A DNA stretch of 63,836 nucleotides, counting the filler, from Folioceros fuciformis (Eukaryota), in the NCBI GenBank assembly GCA_049999805.1. It is 9 parts of 9 records of this genome, joined end to end, with 100 filler letters (N's around TTAATTAATTAA, not from the genome) between each part and the next. Parts side by side here need not be neighbours in the genome. Positions count along the whole stretch, not along the records: positions 45,804 to 53,409 come from JBNGIO010004389.1; positions 53,510 to 63,836 come from JBNGIO010004391.1; 7 more parts are not named here. One strand, 5' to 3'. The notes beneath the pieces are model-generated. The model was given only the letters and a program-made list of their open reading frames with translations, was not told the DNA's origin and ran no database searches. Below are positions 51,400 to 62,537 of this stretch, piece after piece. Every line of letters starts with the position of its first letter. Positions within the stretch are counted from its first letter, which is position 1. A program made the translations under genes and the position numbers.

Positions 51400-53409
51400 T
51401 TGATCGGTTGTATTTGGAGCATGTTGGAGTTGGGTATCAAGGTGGGAGTGAACGAAGCAAAAATACAAAAACTTCTGCAGGACGTGATATTGGAGTGGTC
51501 TGAAGAGAATAATACATTGAGCAAGATGGTTTCACTCTGTTTAAACAGTAATAGTCGAAATAATGAAGACAGATCAAAAGTTAGAACGGGAATTGCATTT
51601 TTGGATAATAGTGGATGCGAGTTTTTGATAGATGGTTTTGCGCTAGAAAGGGTATTGATGGATTCGAGGGCACAGCCTACGTTAATTCATTTCAATGGAG
51701 CATATGCCATGGGATTGAGGAAGGGGGATATACAGGAGACAAGATGGAAAATAAGAATGACCAATGGAGGTTTGGAGGCAGTGATGGGGGAGACTAGGAA
51801 AAAATTGCAATTATGTATGTGGAACATAGGAGAAGACAGTAACTGGTATGAAGTGCTTGATTGTTAAATCTGGAAATGTTGATGTCATCTTGGGAACATA
51901 AGCTTTGTTTATGCCTAGAGGAGGAGTGGATTTGTGGACAAAGGAGTTTTATTACCGTCCGGGGTGGCGACAAGGTGAGGGAATGAGAGTGGCAACAATT
52001 GCACTTAAATTGCAGTTGCAGAAGGATGGGCAAGATGCATGCATAGTAAACATGACAACCTCTTTGGATGAACAGGATGAAGAAGATGAACATGATAGAT
52101 TGTGGGTTTTGCGTCATGTGGATAAGTCATGTTTTAAAGAATGTAGTAATATCAGATTGGAAGAGGATTCAATGAGAGAGTGTTGGTAGAGCATTAGCTG
52201 AGATCAAGAAGAATTGATCTTATAATAGCTAGTTGGGAATGCCAAGGGCACTCAATGGCAGGCAAAGGAAAGGGTTTGTTAGATTATAGGTCTGTGTTAT
52301 TTTATGAGCTAATAAGGATTTTAAATTTGGTACAAAAACATCAAAAGAAAGAATGTGGGTTTTTTTATTGAAAATGTAGACTCACAGATGGATAGGAGAG
52401 GTGTGTTGAGGTAGGATTTTGAGGAAATCAAGTATTATTTAGGTGAACCTATAAAGTTGGATGCGGTGCAATTTGGATCTAGGGCTCACAGACATTGGTG
52501 TTTCTGGAATAACATGATGCCTAAGCATTTGTTGCAAAGGCATGCAAATCAGTGGCATAGGGATGATGATTTGATAGTTGATCAGATATTAGATGAGGGG
52601 TGAGTAAGTAAGCGGGTGACTTCATATGACAAACAACTCTTTTATTGTATAAATAAAAAGGGTCAACTTAGGAGAGCATTGGCAACATTTGTTAGTTTTA
52701 AAAATGCTAATGCATTTAAGGGGGATGGACCTGGGATGATATTTGACACGAAGAGAAATATGTGGGATGTGCTATCTCCTATAGAGACAGAGAGAGCAAT
52801 GGGTTTTGATACAAATACCACTAAGGTGGAGGGCATAACATTTGAGCATAGAAACAAAAAGCTTGAGCAAGCTATGGATTTAAATACCATTTAGTGGCTT
52901 ATGATGTCTATCAAAGTTTACCAGGAGTGGAAAGTTATTTTGAATACAAGGATGGAGGAGCGTAATTTGGGTGAAGTAAAAGGGACGGAAGTCTAGAAGT
53001 TGGGCGGGAGATTAAGAGGATGAGAGAAGGTGATGATGTTTTGGGTGATAATTGTAAGCGAAACAAGCAAGTGAGATATGATGAAAAGACTGCAGAAGTA
53101 GAGAAGGGATCTAGAAGTGGTGTTAGTCTAAATAATGGAGTGAACATCTGTGAGAAACAAGAACATACGGATTTTCAAAGGGACATTTCTGACAAAATGA
53201 CAGTCGAGGATAGGGGGGATTTTGCAAAGATCTTGGGAAAATGTAGGCAGGTGTTTGCTTTTTTCAATAAGGAATTGGGAGGCACAAGATGTTTAAGTTT
53301 AAGATTCGACTTAAAACTTCGGAGCCAGTTTTTAGAAGGCCATATTGCTTGAGTAAAGTAGAGAATGAGATTGTGGATAAAAAGTGTCAAGAGTTTCTGG
53401 AGGCAGGAT
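51400..53409 (+). mobile_element. Ty3/Gypsy pol remnant: aspartic protease, C5-cytosine methyltransferase, start of RT
   Basis: VLMDS(R/G)AQP at ~51650 and DVILG at ~51880, then the DNMT motifs, then VFAF...ELG and PVFRRPYCLSKVE...VDKKCQEFLEAG at ~53250-53408. Confidence 0.85.
52213..52900 (+). pseudogene. DNA (cytosine-5)-methyltransferase domain encoded within the retrotransposon pol
   Basis: IDLIIASWECQGHSMAGKGKGLLDYRSVLFYELIRIL (IV-V), FFIENV (VI), LDAVQFGSRAHRHWCFWNN (VII-VIII), ETERAMGF...T (IX), RNKKLEQAMDLN (X). Confidence 0.88.
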
Positions 53410-53509
53410 NNNNNNNNNNNNNNNNNNNNNNNNNNNNNNNNNNNNNNNNNNNNTTAATTAATTAANNNNNNNNNNNNNNNNNNNNNNNNNNNNNNNNNNN
53501 NNNNNNNNN

Positions 53510-56500
53510 AGTATGACTGAAAATCACCACTAATAAATTCGCCCCCATTATCAGTCCCGAGCACCTTGAGAGTTTTCCCAGTTTGTCGTTGAGAGAAGTC
53601 AACATACTGTTGAAACTTCTCTAAGGCCTCATTCTTCTGCTGCAAGAAATATGTGACAGTGTATCTGCTGTAATCATCAATGATAGCCATGAAGTAAAGG
53701 GAACCACCAAGGGATGGTGTTGACATCGGTCCACAAAGATCCGTATGGACCATTTCCAATAAGTCAGATGCACGGTCATGTTCACTCTTCTTAGGCTCCT
53801 TTTTGACCATCTTACTATGGATGCAAGCGCCACATAATACATGTGTGTCAGTAACCTTCCAGTCAAGTTTCTCACGGTACAACTCCTGCTCTGTCATCCG
53901 TTTCATCTTCGTGAAGTTCTGATGTGCAAGCCTTGAATGCCACAAGAGCTGAGGATCACTGTGTGTAAGGCGTTTTGCCAACATGGCTTGGGATGTCGAG
54001 TTGACTTGCGGATTTCCAGCAAAGGATGTGAAGCAATCCAGCTTGTATAGATCAGCCTGTAAGGTACCAAGGGCCAGGATACAATCTGTCTGCGTCTCTC
54101 GCAGCTCACAGTGATTTTCGCTGAAGGAAATATGAACCATCCAGTCCCCACAGAGATGCCGAACTGACATGAGATTTTTACACATCTGTGGGACGTGTAG
54201 CACTTGGTGGAGCAAGCGGGTTGATCCATCTAGCAGCTGAATTTGCATAGTGCCGCAACCAGCAACTTCAAGTCCACTCCCATCTCCAAGTAGGACAAAC
54301 TGTCCAGGTGCATAGGCGTTATATTTTAAAAAGCCTTCTCGCATGTAGCATATCTGTGCGGAGGCACCCGAGTCGACAAACCAGTGATTTTGATCAGCCT
54401 TGGTGTGTGCGAGGAACATAGTAAGAATGGTGTTTGGATTTTTCGTTTTGGCCCGGGCAGCTACATGAGCCTTAAGTGCTCTCCTCGGCTCCCCAACCTT
54501 TTTTCTTTCTACAGTCAGCCTCTATGTGGCCTAAAAGATGGCACCAGTTACAGGTGAGTTTCCTATGGTTGGGGTTTGGCGGAGCTCAACCTTCGGGTTT
54601 GGCGGAGCTCAACCTTCATTTGTCTTGCCTCTGCCCGGCGATGATGATGATGGTGGTCTTGTAGTAAAGCGGCCACCATGACCTCCTCTTCCTCCTCTGC
54701 CAGCATAAAGGACCTGGTTGTGCGAACCTTGGCCTCCACGGCTTGAGTGCATGGTAGCTTCCTCCTCAAGCAAAGCACCAATTGTGTTGGATAAGGACAC
54801 AGTAGCAGCAGTAGCAGTCCTCAAGCTGCTGTTTTGTGTGCTGACAAATACCCGGTATTTGTCTGGCAGTGACATGAGCAAAGCCACCGAAGCCTGCAAC
54901 TCCGTGACGGTCGTGCCTGCGGATGCCAACTTCTGTCTAAGGTGGTGAAATCGCATTCAAAAAATCGCATGTCCTTCATCTTACAATTCCAAAAAGATCT
55001 GGTGGCATGTACCAGGGAGGACTGATTTGTGGTCGCAAACATTTGTGACAAGGCTGTCCACGCCATGTGTGATCCAGAGGCATTATCAATGTGGTGGATC
55101 ATTGAACTATCGATGGTGGCCTCCAATATGGCCCTTGCTCTAAGGTCTTTCTTCGTCCATACTGCAACATCGGCCTGCGGTGCGTTGGCCCCTGGCTTGG
55201 AGATTGTGCCATCCATGATGTCCCACAATTCCTCGACTTGCAGCAAGGTCTTGACCCTACGAGCCCAGACATCATAGTTTGCCCCGGAACCGGTCCTTGT
55301 CTTTGAAATCAAGGCTTGTCACACTCGCCATAATAGCTAGTGAACCTGTCAAACAGGTAGGCAATGTTCCTTGGAGCCAATGTCGAGATTTTGAGAATTT
55401 CGACGGTGGTGAAGTAGAGCGGGCTTTCACAGGCGAGGTATCAGCATGCCACCCTTTGCTTCTGCCTCATGGCCCCTCAGCAGAAGTTAACCTCTTCGGA
55501 GGCATCAACCATGGTAGCAGGTTGTGTCATCAAAAATAAATCTGGAGGGATCGCGGTGGCCTGCTCCAGTCTCAGAAGTGCACACTTGCTGCAGCACCCT
55601 GCAATTTCTGCCACCGCAGCCTGCTCTTGCCTCCAATCTTTGCCGCTGCGGCCTATTCATGCCTTAGATGTCACTACGGCGAGCACTGCCACCACAGTGC
55701 CATGAATTCAACACAAGTTTGGTGCCATCGGTTGCAACCATCAAAGATGCACAGTCCCGTGTGTAGGAGCACCAAGTGGCGGTCTGATTGCTGCCGCCGA
55801 AGTTGCTCCATCGAAATTGCTGTCACCACGGCCTGATTCTGCCTTCAGTCTTGCCGCCGGTGCTTGAGTTTGCCATCGATTGCTGTCACGTCTCTCCCAG
55901 GCCTGATTCTGCTTGAGATCGTTGCCACCGTGGCCTGCACTTGCCCCGGCTGCTGCATCCACGGCTTGCTCCTGCTCTATTTGATGCTGCCGTGGCCGGA
56001 TTCTGCTCCGCAACCATCCAGGAACTCCATGCCAGTTTGTGCCTACGGCTGGCAGGGAGCGGAGCCCTCACAACCACGCTCAATCCTGCCACAAATTTGT
56101 TGCCGCGCCGCTGTAAGGTCTGATTCCCTGCCTCAGTTGCTGCCGCAAATGTTGCGACCTTGGCCTGTGCCAACCACATATTCCTACCGCGCCGCTGCAG
56201 GGCATGATCACCTCATAGATCACTGCCATATAGCACCACGCCATCGTCGTGCTGTGCTGTGACATGATACCTCCGATCTCATGCACACGGCCGAGTGCTC
56301 CTTGGATTCCACGGCACACACAGAAAAGACAACCCGTTGGCCATAAGAAGCTCGATACATTCCGTCTTGTTGCTCACAAGGATTTGCTGCTTACATTTTT
56401 GTTCCTTTTTTTTTTTCTTTTGTTTCAAAAAAAAGGAAAGATCACACTCTCCTTCTCTCCATGGCATCGCTTACCACCCAGCTCTGATACCATACAAAAA

Positions 56501-56720
56501 TCAGGAGAAGCATCTTACATTGAGAATGATCGTGTGTGATAAATTACAAAAGCAATGTCTTGTGTCTTATACCATCCGCTATGGCGGTTAGGTATTTTTT
56601 GATTATGTGTCTTTTCACATTAGGCTATCTAGCCCTAGCTAAAACTTATTTAACTTAACCTAGTTGTTAACTAGCTGACGCTAGACTATTCCTAGGCTTC
56701 ACTTTGCACTTTCTCCCCAA
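53510..56720 (-). mobile_element. Ty1/Copia 5' half: LTR, PBS (56492-56481), gag, protease, integrase
   Basis: TGGTATCAGAGC on the minus strand. NYDVW..., WFVDSGAS, LWHSRLAH, VHTDLCGPM, TDNGGEF. Confidence 0.92.
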
Positions 56721-56724
56721 AGGA

Positions 56725-58750
56725 TTAAGGTTGCGTGAATGCACAACCATACACTACCATTGTGCAGGCACTGCATACTGGATCACAATGCCATTGTGCA
56801 CGGAACCTACTTTCTGTCTCAATCCTGAGCCTCTTGAGTTCGTCAATTGGAGGCGGGCGCAAGCAACACCCAAGCACTGAAATGGATAGTAAGGGTCTTT
56901 GATGTTTTGAAACAAAACTAATCCCCCTGGCATAAGTGTACCCTGGCACAACATGGGGACAGTGTGTAAGGGAGCGGGCATGGCAAGCTGTTGCGGTTCA
57001 ACGGTAACGTGTGCGAGATGGTGTGGACATGTGTAGTGGGTGCGAGTGGGCATGGCCCCATGACATATGGGATGCCGAAGGCAAAACCATTTGTGTTGGC
57101 CTCGAGTTATGTGCCTCATTACTTTGTGTGTACCAATAGCTCCTACCCCAATCATGGCCGCTGTGGTGCATAAGATGAATAGATTGTTGTTCAAAGCAAA
57201 ATCCCACAACGGACACCCTCCATCTTCCAAGGAAAAAAAGGCTTTGAAAGCTTAACGCCTCCCTTTCACCCAACTGTTCCTTTCACACCATTCACGACGT
57301 AGTGAGGGAGGGATGAGGACTGTTCCTTTCACATCATTCGCGACATGGCAGGGGAGGGATGAAAATAAGGGATTTGTTGAAGGGCCAAATCACGCCGCGA
57401 GGGAGAGCTGAGGATAGGGGTGGGGATCAAATGAAGACCCAAAGTAAGCTAGATTCTGCTTGAAGAATTCAGCCGCGCGGGAAGTAGAGCGCCTTGAATG
57501 GGTGTCGAGGGATATTTGTGCCCCATGCAGGCTTCAAAAACGATGCTTGGAATGAGGTAGGGAGGGCGGGATAAACGTTGTGATTGAGGCATGCCTCAAT
57601 CACTAGCGGTGGCGAGAGACTGAGGCCCCCCCTTAGAAATGTCTTGTTGTTTATTCCAGGGTCTCGGGACACGGGCCTCAAACCCTGCAATAATGTAGTC
57701 AGACAGAGGGGCATTAGGTGCGTGCCGATGTCGTAGGCTCATGGTCTGATTCAGAGAAAATAAGAGTAGGCTCGTGGTCTAATTTAGAGGAAATGAGAGT
57801 GTGAGCTGTGGGGGCTGAGACCATGGAGAAGAAACCGTGAAGTGTACCAAACACGCTGCTCTAGCATCCTTTTAGCTTCTCAAAGATGAAACACACACAA
57901 TTTTGCGAGCATGGCCGCTGTGGTGCATGGACCTCTTCGGGGAAGGCCCTCCAGCAGACAACTCTCCACAGTGATGAACATAGGTATATGCTAGGAGATA
58001 CTCGAGGAGATAGTACTAAAATTCTGACACCTCCTCTCTGTTGGCTGTGGTATGCCATAGTTTCCTTGACCTTCTTCATCGACCATATTGTGAGAACCAC
58101 TTCAATAATCGGTTGTGGTAGGGAAATGTGGCATGCCAAAGAGCACGCCTTGCCTCTCTCTACATTAAAAGATCAAAACACCCTACGTCTGGCCCCTTTG
58201 GGGTGAGGACCAGTCAAATCCTCTTCGTCAAAAATTGCTTGCTTGCAGGGTGATTGAATAGGTGCCCATAAACTGAACCGCACTCACCATTTCCCCTGCA
58301 TTTTAGCCATGCTTTGCACCATGAACTCCACCGCACCGATCCATCTGCCTCCCTCTGCACCAGCACGTACAGGCACGATTTGGTCATAGAGAACCCTCTT
58401 GAGATTGGCATTGGAGCCCGGAGAATCTTGGACTTTCATAATTCCTGGGGGGATTTTGAGCTCCATCTCCTTGTCCCTCACTNNNNNNNNNNNNNNNNNN
58501 NNNNNNNNNNNNNNNNNNNNNNNNNNNNNNNNNNNNNNNNNNNNNNNNNNNNNNNNNNNNNNNNNNNNNNNNNNNNNNNNNNAGGCAACTCGCGCACACA
58601 TCCCTTCCCTGTGAACATACTCGACCTCCCGGACCATTGAAGTCACTATAGAGCAAGGCCAATTCGCTAGAAAGTCCTCCACCCCATCTCTCCCGTACTC
58701 TCCTCTCACTTTGACTAGGACACGCAAGGTAGGTGACTACAAACATGCCT
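56725..58750 (-). pseudogene. Decayed Cys/His-rich ORF, possibly the N-terminal part of a KDZ (CxC-type) transposase
   Basis: Fragments LYVLV, KWFC..HPIC....TCPH, GISFVS, HCDPVCSAC. No catalytic domain visible. Confidence 0.25.
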
Positions 58751-59180
58751 AGAAAATCATCTTCAAAGGTACAGTGCTTGCAAGCGTGTTGGATATCGAT
58801 AAAGGCATGACCTTACACACATCCATGGCATGTGACAATCAACTCACGTGACATGACTTGATGTGGTGGTGACGCGAACCTTCTAGGCTTAGCGTGGCAA
58901 TCGCAAGAAAGAGGAATTATGTATGTGTTGGAAGGCTATATATGCTAAATGCTACCAATTTAGTAGCTTCTCAATCCTTCACAAGAGTAACGCCCCCTTC
59001 CTTACGCAGGGTAAAAGGAAGCAACGGCCTCAAATCTCGTGTATTCACTCCGTAGCGCTCCACTTACAAATCACTCACTCCCTCTCACACGACTTAGCAC
59101 TAGGCTCCAAGTAGCCCGCCATCCACTGACGACTCGCAGACCACCTCCTCTAGGTGCTGCTCTTTATTCAAGATACTTAC

Positions 59181-59430
59181 TGTTGGGTTATTAAAGCCCA
59201 ATGTGCTTAGACTAATGTGTTTAGTCTAAGATTAGTGTTTAAGATTAGCTTAGCTTAAGCTAATCTTTAGGAAGCTTCTTGTGAGCTTCTTGTGAAGCTT
59301 CCTTGGGAGCTCTTCTAGGGGGTATAAATACCCCTTGAGCTCCCTTGCAATATAAAGTGAGATTGGTAGAGACTCTGGGTGAGAGTGTGACCTCTCTTTC
59401 TCCTCTCCTCCTTGCTTCCTCCTTCACCAT
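59181..59430 (+). mobile_element. Nested 5' fragment of the Athila-like LTR
   Basis: Starts TGTTGGGTTATTAAAGCCCAATG; homologous to 5511-5875. Confidence 0.75.
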
Positions 59431-59451
59431 GTGGCTCCTCTAGCAATCCTT

Positions 59452-59776
59452 TACTTAGAAAAGAGTCTGGCGATCTACGCCCCAAAATAAATGCTCTTTA
59501 TTCAAGATACTTAGAAAAGAGTCTGGCAATCTATGCCCCAGAATAAATGCTCTTTATTCAAGATACTTACAAAAGAGTCTAGCGATGTACGCCCCCGAAT
59601 AAATGCTCTTTATTCAAGATACTTACAAAAGAGTTTGGCAATCTATGCCCCAGAATAAATGCTCTTTATTCAAGATACTTACAAAAGAGTTTGACAATCT
59701 TTGCCCAAGAATATAGATACTTACAAAAGAGTTGCCATAAAGATACTTACAAAAGAGTCTAGCGATTTACGCCCCA
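59452..59776. repeat. 56-bp tandem repeat, ~5 copies, inside an LTR
   Basis: AATAAATGCTCTTTATTCAAGATACTTA at ~59486, 59542, 59598 and 59654. Confidence 0.9.
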
Positions 59777-61246
59777 CTGGCTACTGCCCTAGACTCAATC
59801 TGACAAGCTTGCTCTTCAAGCCCTCCATAGCAATGTCTCAAGGCTAGAGTTTTCACTATCTGCCTCTCTCTCTTTGTTTATGTCTTTAAGGCCATAGTAC
59901 TGGCCTATTTATACTCTGCAACTAAGCCACTGCTAAAGGTGGGAATGATACACACCACTCATCTCATAATAATAGTGGTCATTACAACTCCATCCTTCTT
60001 ACGAGGTTTTGCCTGGAACACACATCTTGTTTCCAAAGGCAGCAAGAAGCATACTTGCTTCTTAATCAAGACAACTCTAGATTTAGCTTTCAACTTTCTA
60101 CTTTGAACTTTCACCTTGTTTCACTTGTACCATTACTACAAGGTTGGATTCCTAAACGTAATAATTATAACATAATTTGAAAAAAAAGAAATAAGAGAGA
60201 AAGGTGGAAAGAGCTCCCCTCATTATCCATGGTTTTCTTTCCTCATGCACGCGGTTTGGCAAACATGAGTCACGTTGGGACGTCTTACTTGCAACAATTT
60301 CAAGCAGCAATCCATGTATTACATAAGCAAAAACGTAAAAAGGTCTTCCAAAGTTGAGAAAATAAGTTGTTGCAACATAACTAGAAGAACCTCTTCAAAG
60401 GTATGGTGCTTGCAAGCTTGTTGGATAAAGGCAGGTATTGTAGGCTCTTGCACATCCTTCACATGTTAGCTACCAGGTTATTCAATGTTACCAGATCCTT
60501 TGTGGTCATGCAACAAGGTCCGGGCCAAAAGGTCATATTCCACAAAGCCTGTTTGGTATAGTTTAGAAACAATGATATCTCAATCAATTATTCATTTTTA
60601 ATCATGTTTCCCAAAAATTGGGCCCACTAGACATCTCTATCTCTAAACTTGTCATGCAGTTTTTGAATTAAACAACAAAGACTTCGCTATAATTGCCACT
60701 ATCTACCTATTCAAATAATGATTTTCTTCTTTTCCTTTGATAGTGCAGCGGTAGATCGATGCACTTACTTGGCAATAATGATAAAACAAATGGTGATTTA
60801 TTGACTCATTGGTGTTTTGAAATACATTTAATGTGTTTGACATTCAACCACAAATCAATGTCATTTCTAAAATCACCATAGAAATTCACTCACGCCCATA
60901 GTGCCCTCTCACACAAACATAGGTTCTTCAAGGTTTTGCCTCTAAATGTACGACCACGTCCACAATGTACAATTGCTAGTCGTTAGTGTCTGCAAAGTCA
61001 TTGCCTTCCACCTCAAGAACGAGAAATATGGATCATCAACTTTCAATGGCAGAAGCATGTCATTCTCATTAATGAGAATGACAAGCTTCACCATTTGGGA
61101 TATCCCAAACAATGATTGCATAGAGGTCTTCAGTTAGTCTATCACATGTCTGGGACAAGTCTATAATGTCTCCACATTTCTGCCGATAACCATACAAGTG
61201 TCCATTACATCAATATCATAGGAAGAAAACAATTGGACAACATTCT

Positions 61247-62460
61247 CTAGTAAGCAAGGTGCGCTAGTCTACCGGCGCACTTCTACAATCTAAGGGTGCC
61301 GATCTATCGGTGCACTCCAATTAGTTTTCACAATAATACAACGAACTACATAATTCAATAAAAAAAACATAACTTACCAATTTAGGGTTTAGGGTATTGA
61401 TTAGCCGGGATGATGGGACTTCCAAGTGCACCGGGACACACTTGGGACTCCTTGACTTTGAAGTGCATTGAAACACATTGGGTCACTGGGACTCCCAATT
61501 ATGTTACGACACACTAGGATCGCGGGACTTCCAAGTGCATAAGGACATATTCATGATGGTGGGACTCTCGAGTTCGCCGAGAATCACTCGGGATGTAGAG
61601 ACTCCCGAGTGCAATAGGACACACCAGGACGCTGGGACACACTTGGGACGCTAGTACACTCTAGGATGCTAGGACTCGTGGTTGTGTCCGAACACACCAA
61701 GCCTGAGTGCTCCGGGACACCAGGTTCGGCGGGGCTCTCGAGAACACCGATACACTAAGACTCCCAAGGGTGCCAGGACACACCGGGTCACTAAGACTTC
61801 CAAGTGCACCATGACACACTGGGACGCTAAGGCTCCCAAGTGTGCCAGGACAGACCGGGACGTCGAGACTCCCGATTGCACTGGGACATACTAGGACGTT
61901 GGGACTCCCGAGTGCGCTGGGACATACCAGTACGGCAGGACTCCATAGAGCACCGGCACACCAAGATGCAGAGACTCCAGAGTGCGCCAAGACACTACGG
62001 GACGCTGAGACTCCCGAGAGCACCACGACACACTCGAGACGCCGGGACACAATCGGAGTAGCGGGATTCCCGGGGGGTGCCGGGACACATTAGGGACAGT
62101 GGGACTCGCGAGTGTGCCGGGACACACTTGGGACACCGGGACGCACTTGGAGCGGCGGGACTCCCGGGTGTGCTGGGACACATTAGGGACAGCGAGACTC
62201 ACGAGTGTGCCGGGACACACTCGGGACAGCGGGACTCCCGAGTGCGACGGGGCACACTCGGGACAGCGGGACTCCCGAGTGCGCCTGGACACTCTAGGGA
62301 CAGCGGTACTCCCGAGTGCGCCGGGACAAACCGGGACACTGCGACTCCTGAGGGCTTCGGGACACACTTGGGACGGCTGGGACTCCCAAGTACGCCGGGA
62401 CACACCGGGACACACCGGGACACTGGGTCTCCCGAATGCGCAGGGACAGGGACGGAGAGA
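61247..62460 (-). mobile_element. Probable non-autonomous Helitron filled with a ~38-bp GC-rich minisatellite
   Basis: Minus strand 5' A|TC at 62460. 3' hairpin GTGCGCCGG-TAGA-CTAGCGCAC, 8 nt, then CTAG at 61250-61247. GGGACTCCCGAGTGCGCCGGGACACAC repeats at 61415-62440. Confidence 0.55.
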
Positions 62461-62537
62461 TGAGCAGGCGCATTCAACCTAAAGTGCAATTGCAATATTC
62501 CTTGACGTAGTAGGTACACACTTGAGCACGGGGTACT

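Larger units (their letters stand above)
58986..59986 (-). mobile_element. Chromovirus-like 3' LTR (TGTAATGACC...GGGGGCGTTACT), related to 12046-12547
   Basis: Shares AGCACTAGG.CTCCAAGTAGCCCGCC and GCTGCTCTTTATTCAA with 18033-18112. TATAAATA at ~59910. Purine-rich tract immediately before its 5' end. Confidence 0.65.

Noticed and set aside
59452-59776. CRISPR-like array (also considered 30015-30113, 30885-31482 and 39181-39351)
   Set aside because: Head-to-tail repeats with no unique spacers, no cas genes and a eukaryotic context
60240-61246. Minus-strand decayed coding trace with a YIVD-like motif (ParB-like?)
   Set aside because: Too many stops and frameshifts to support a family call
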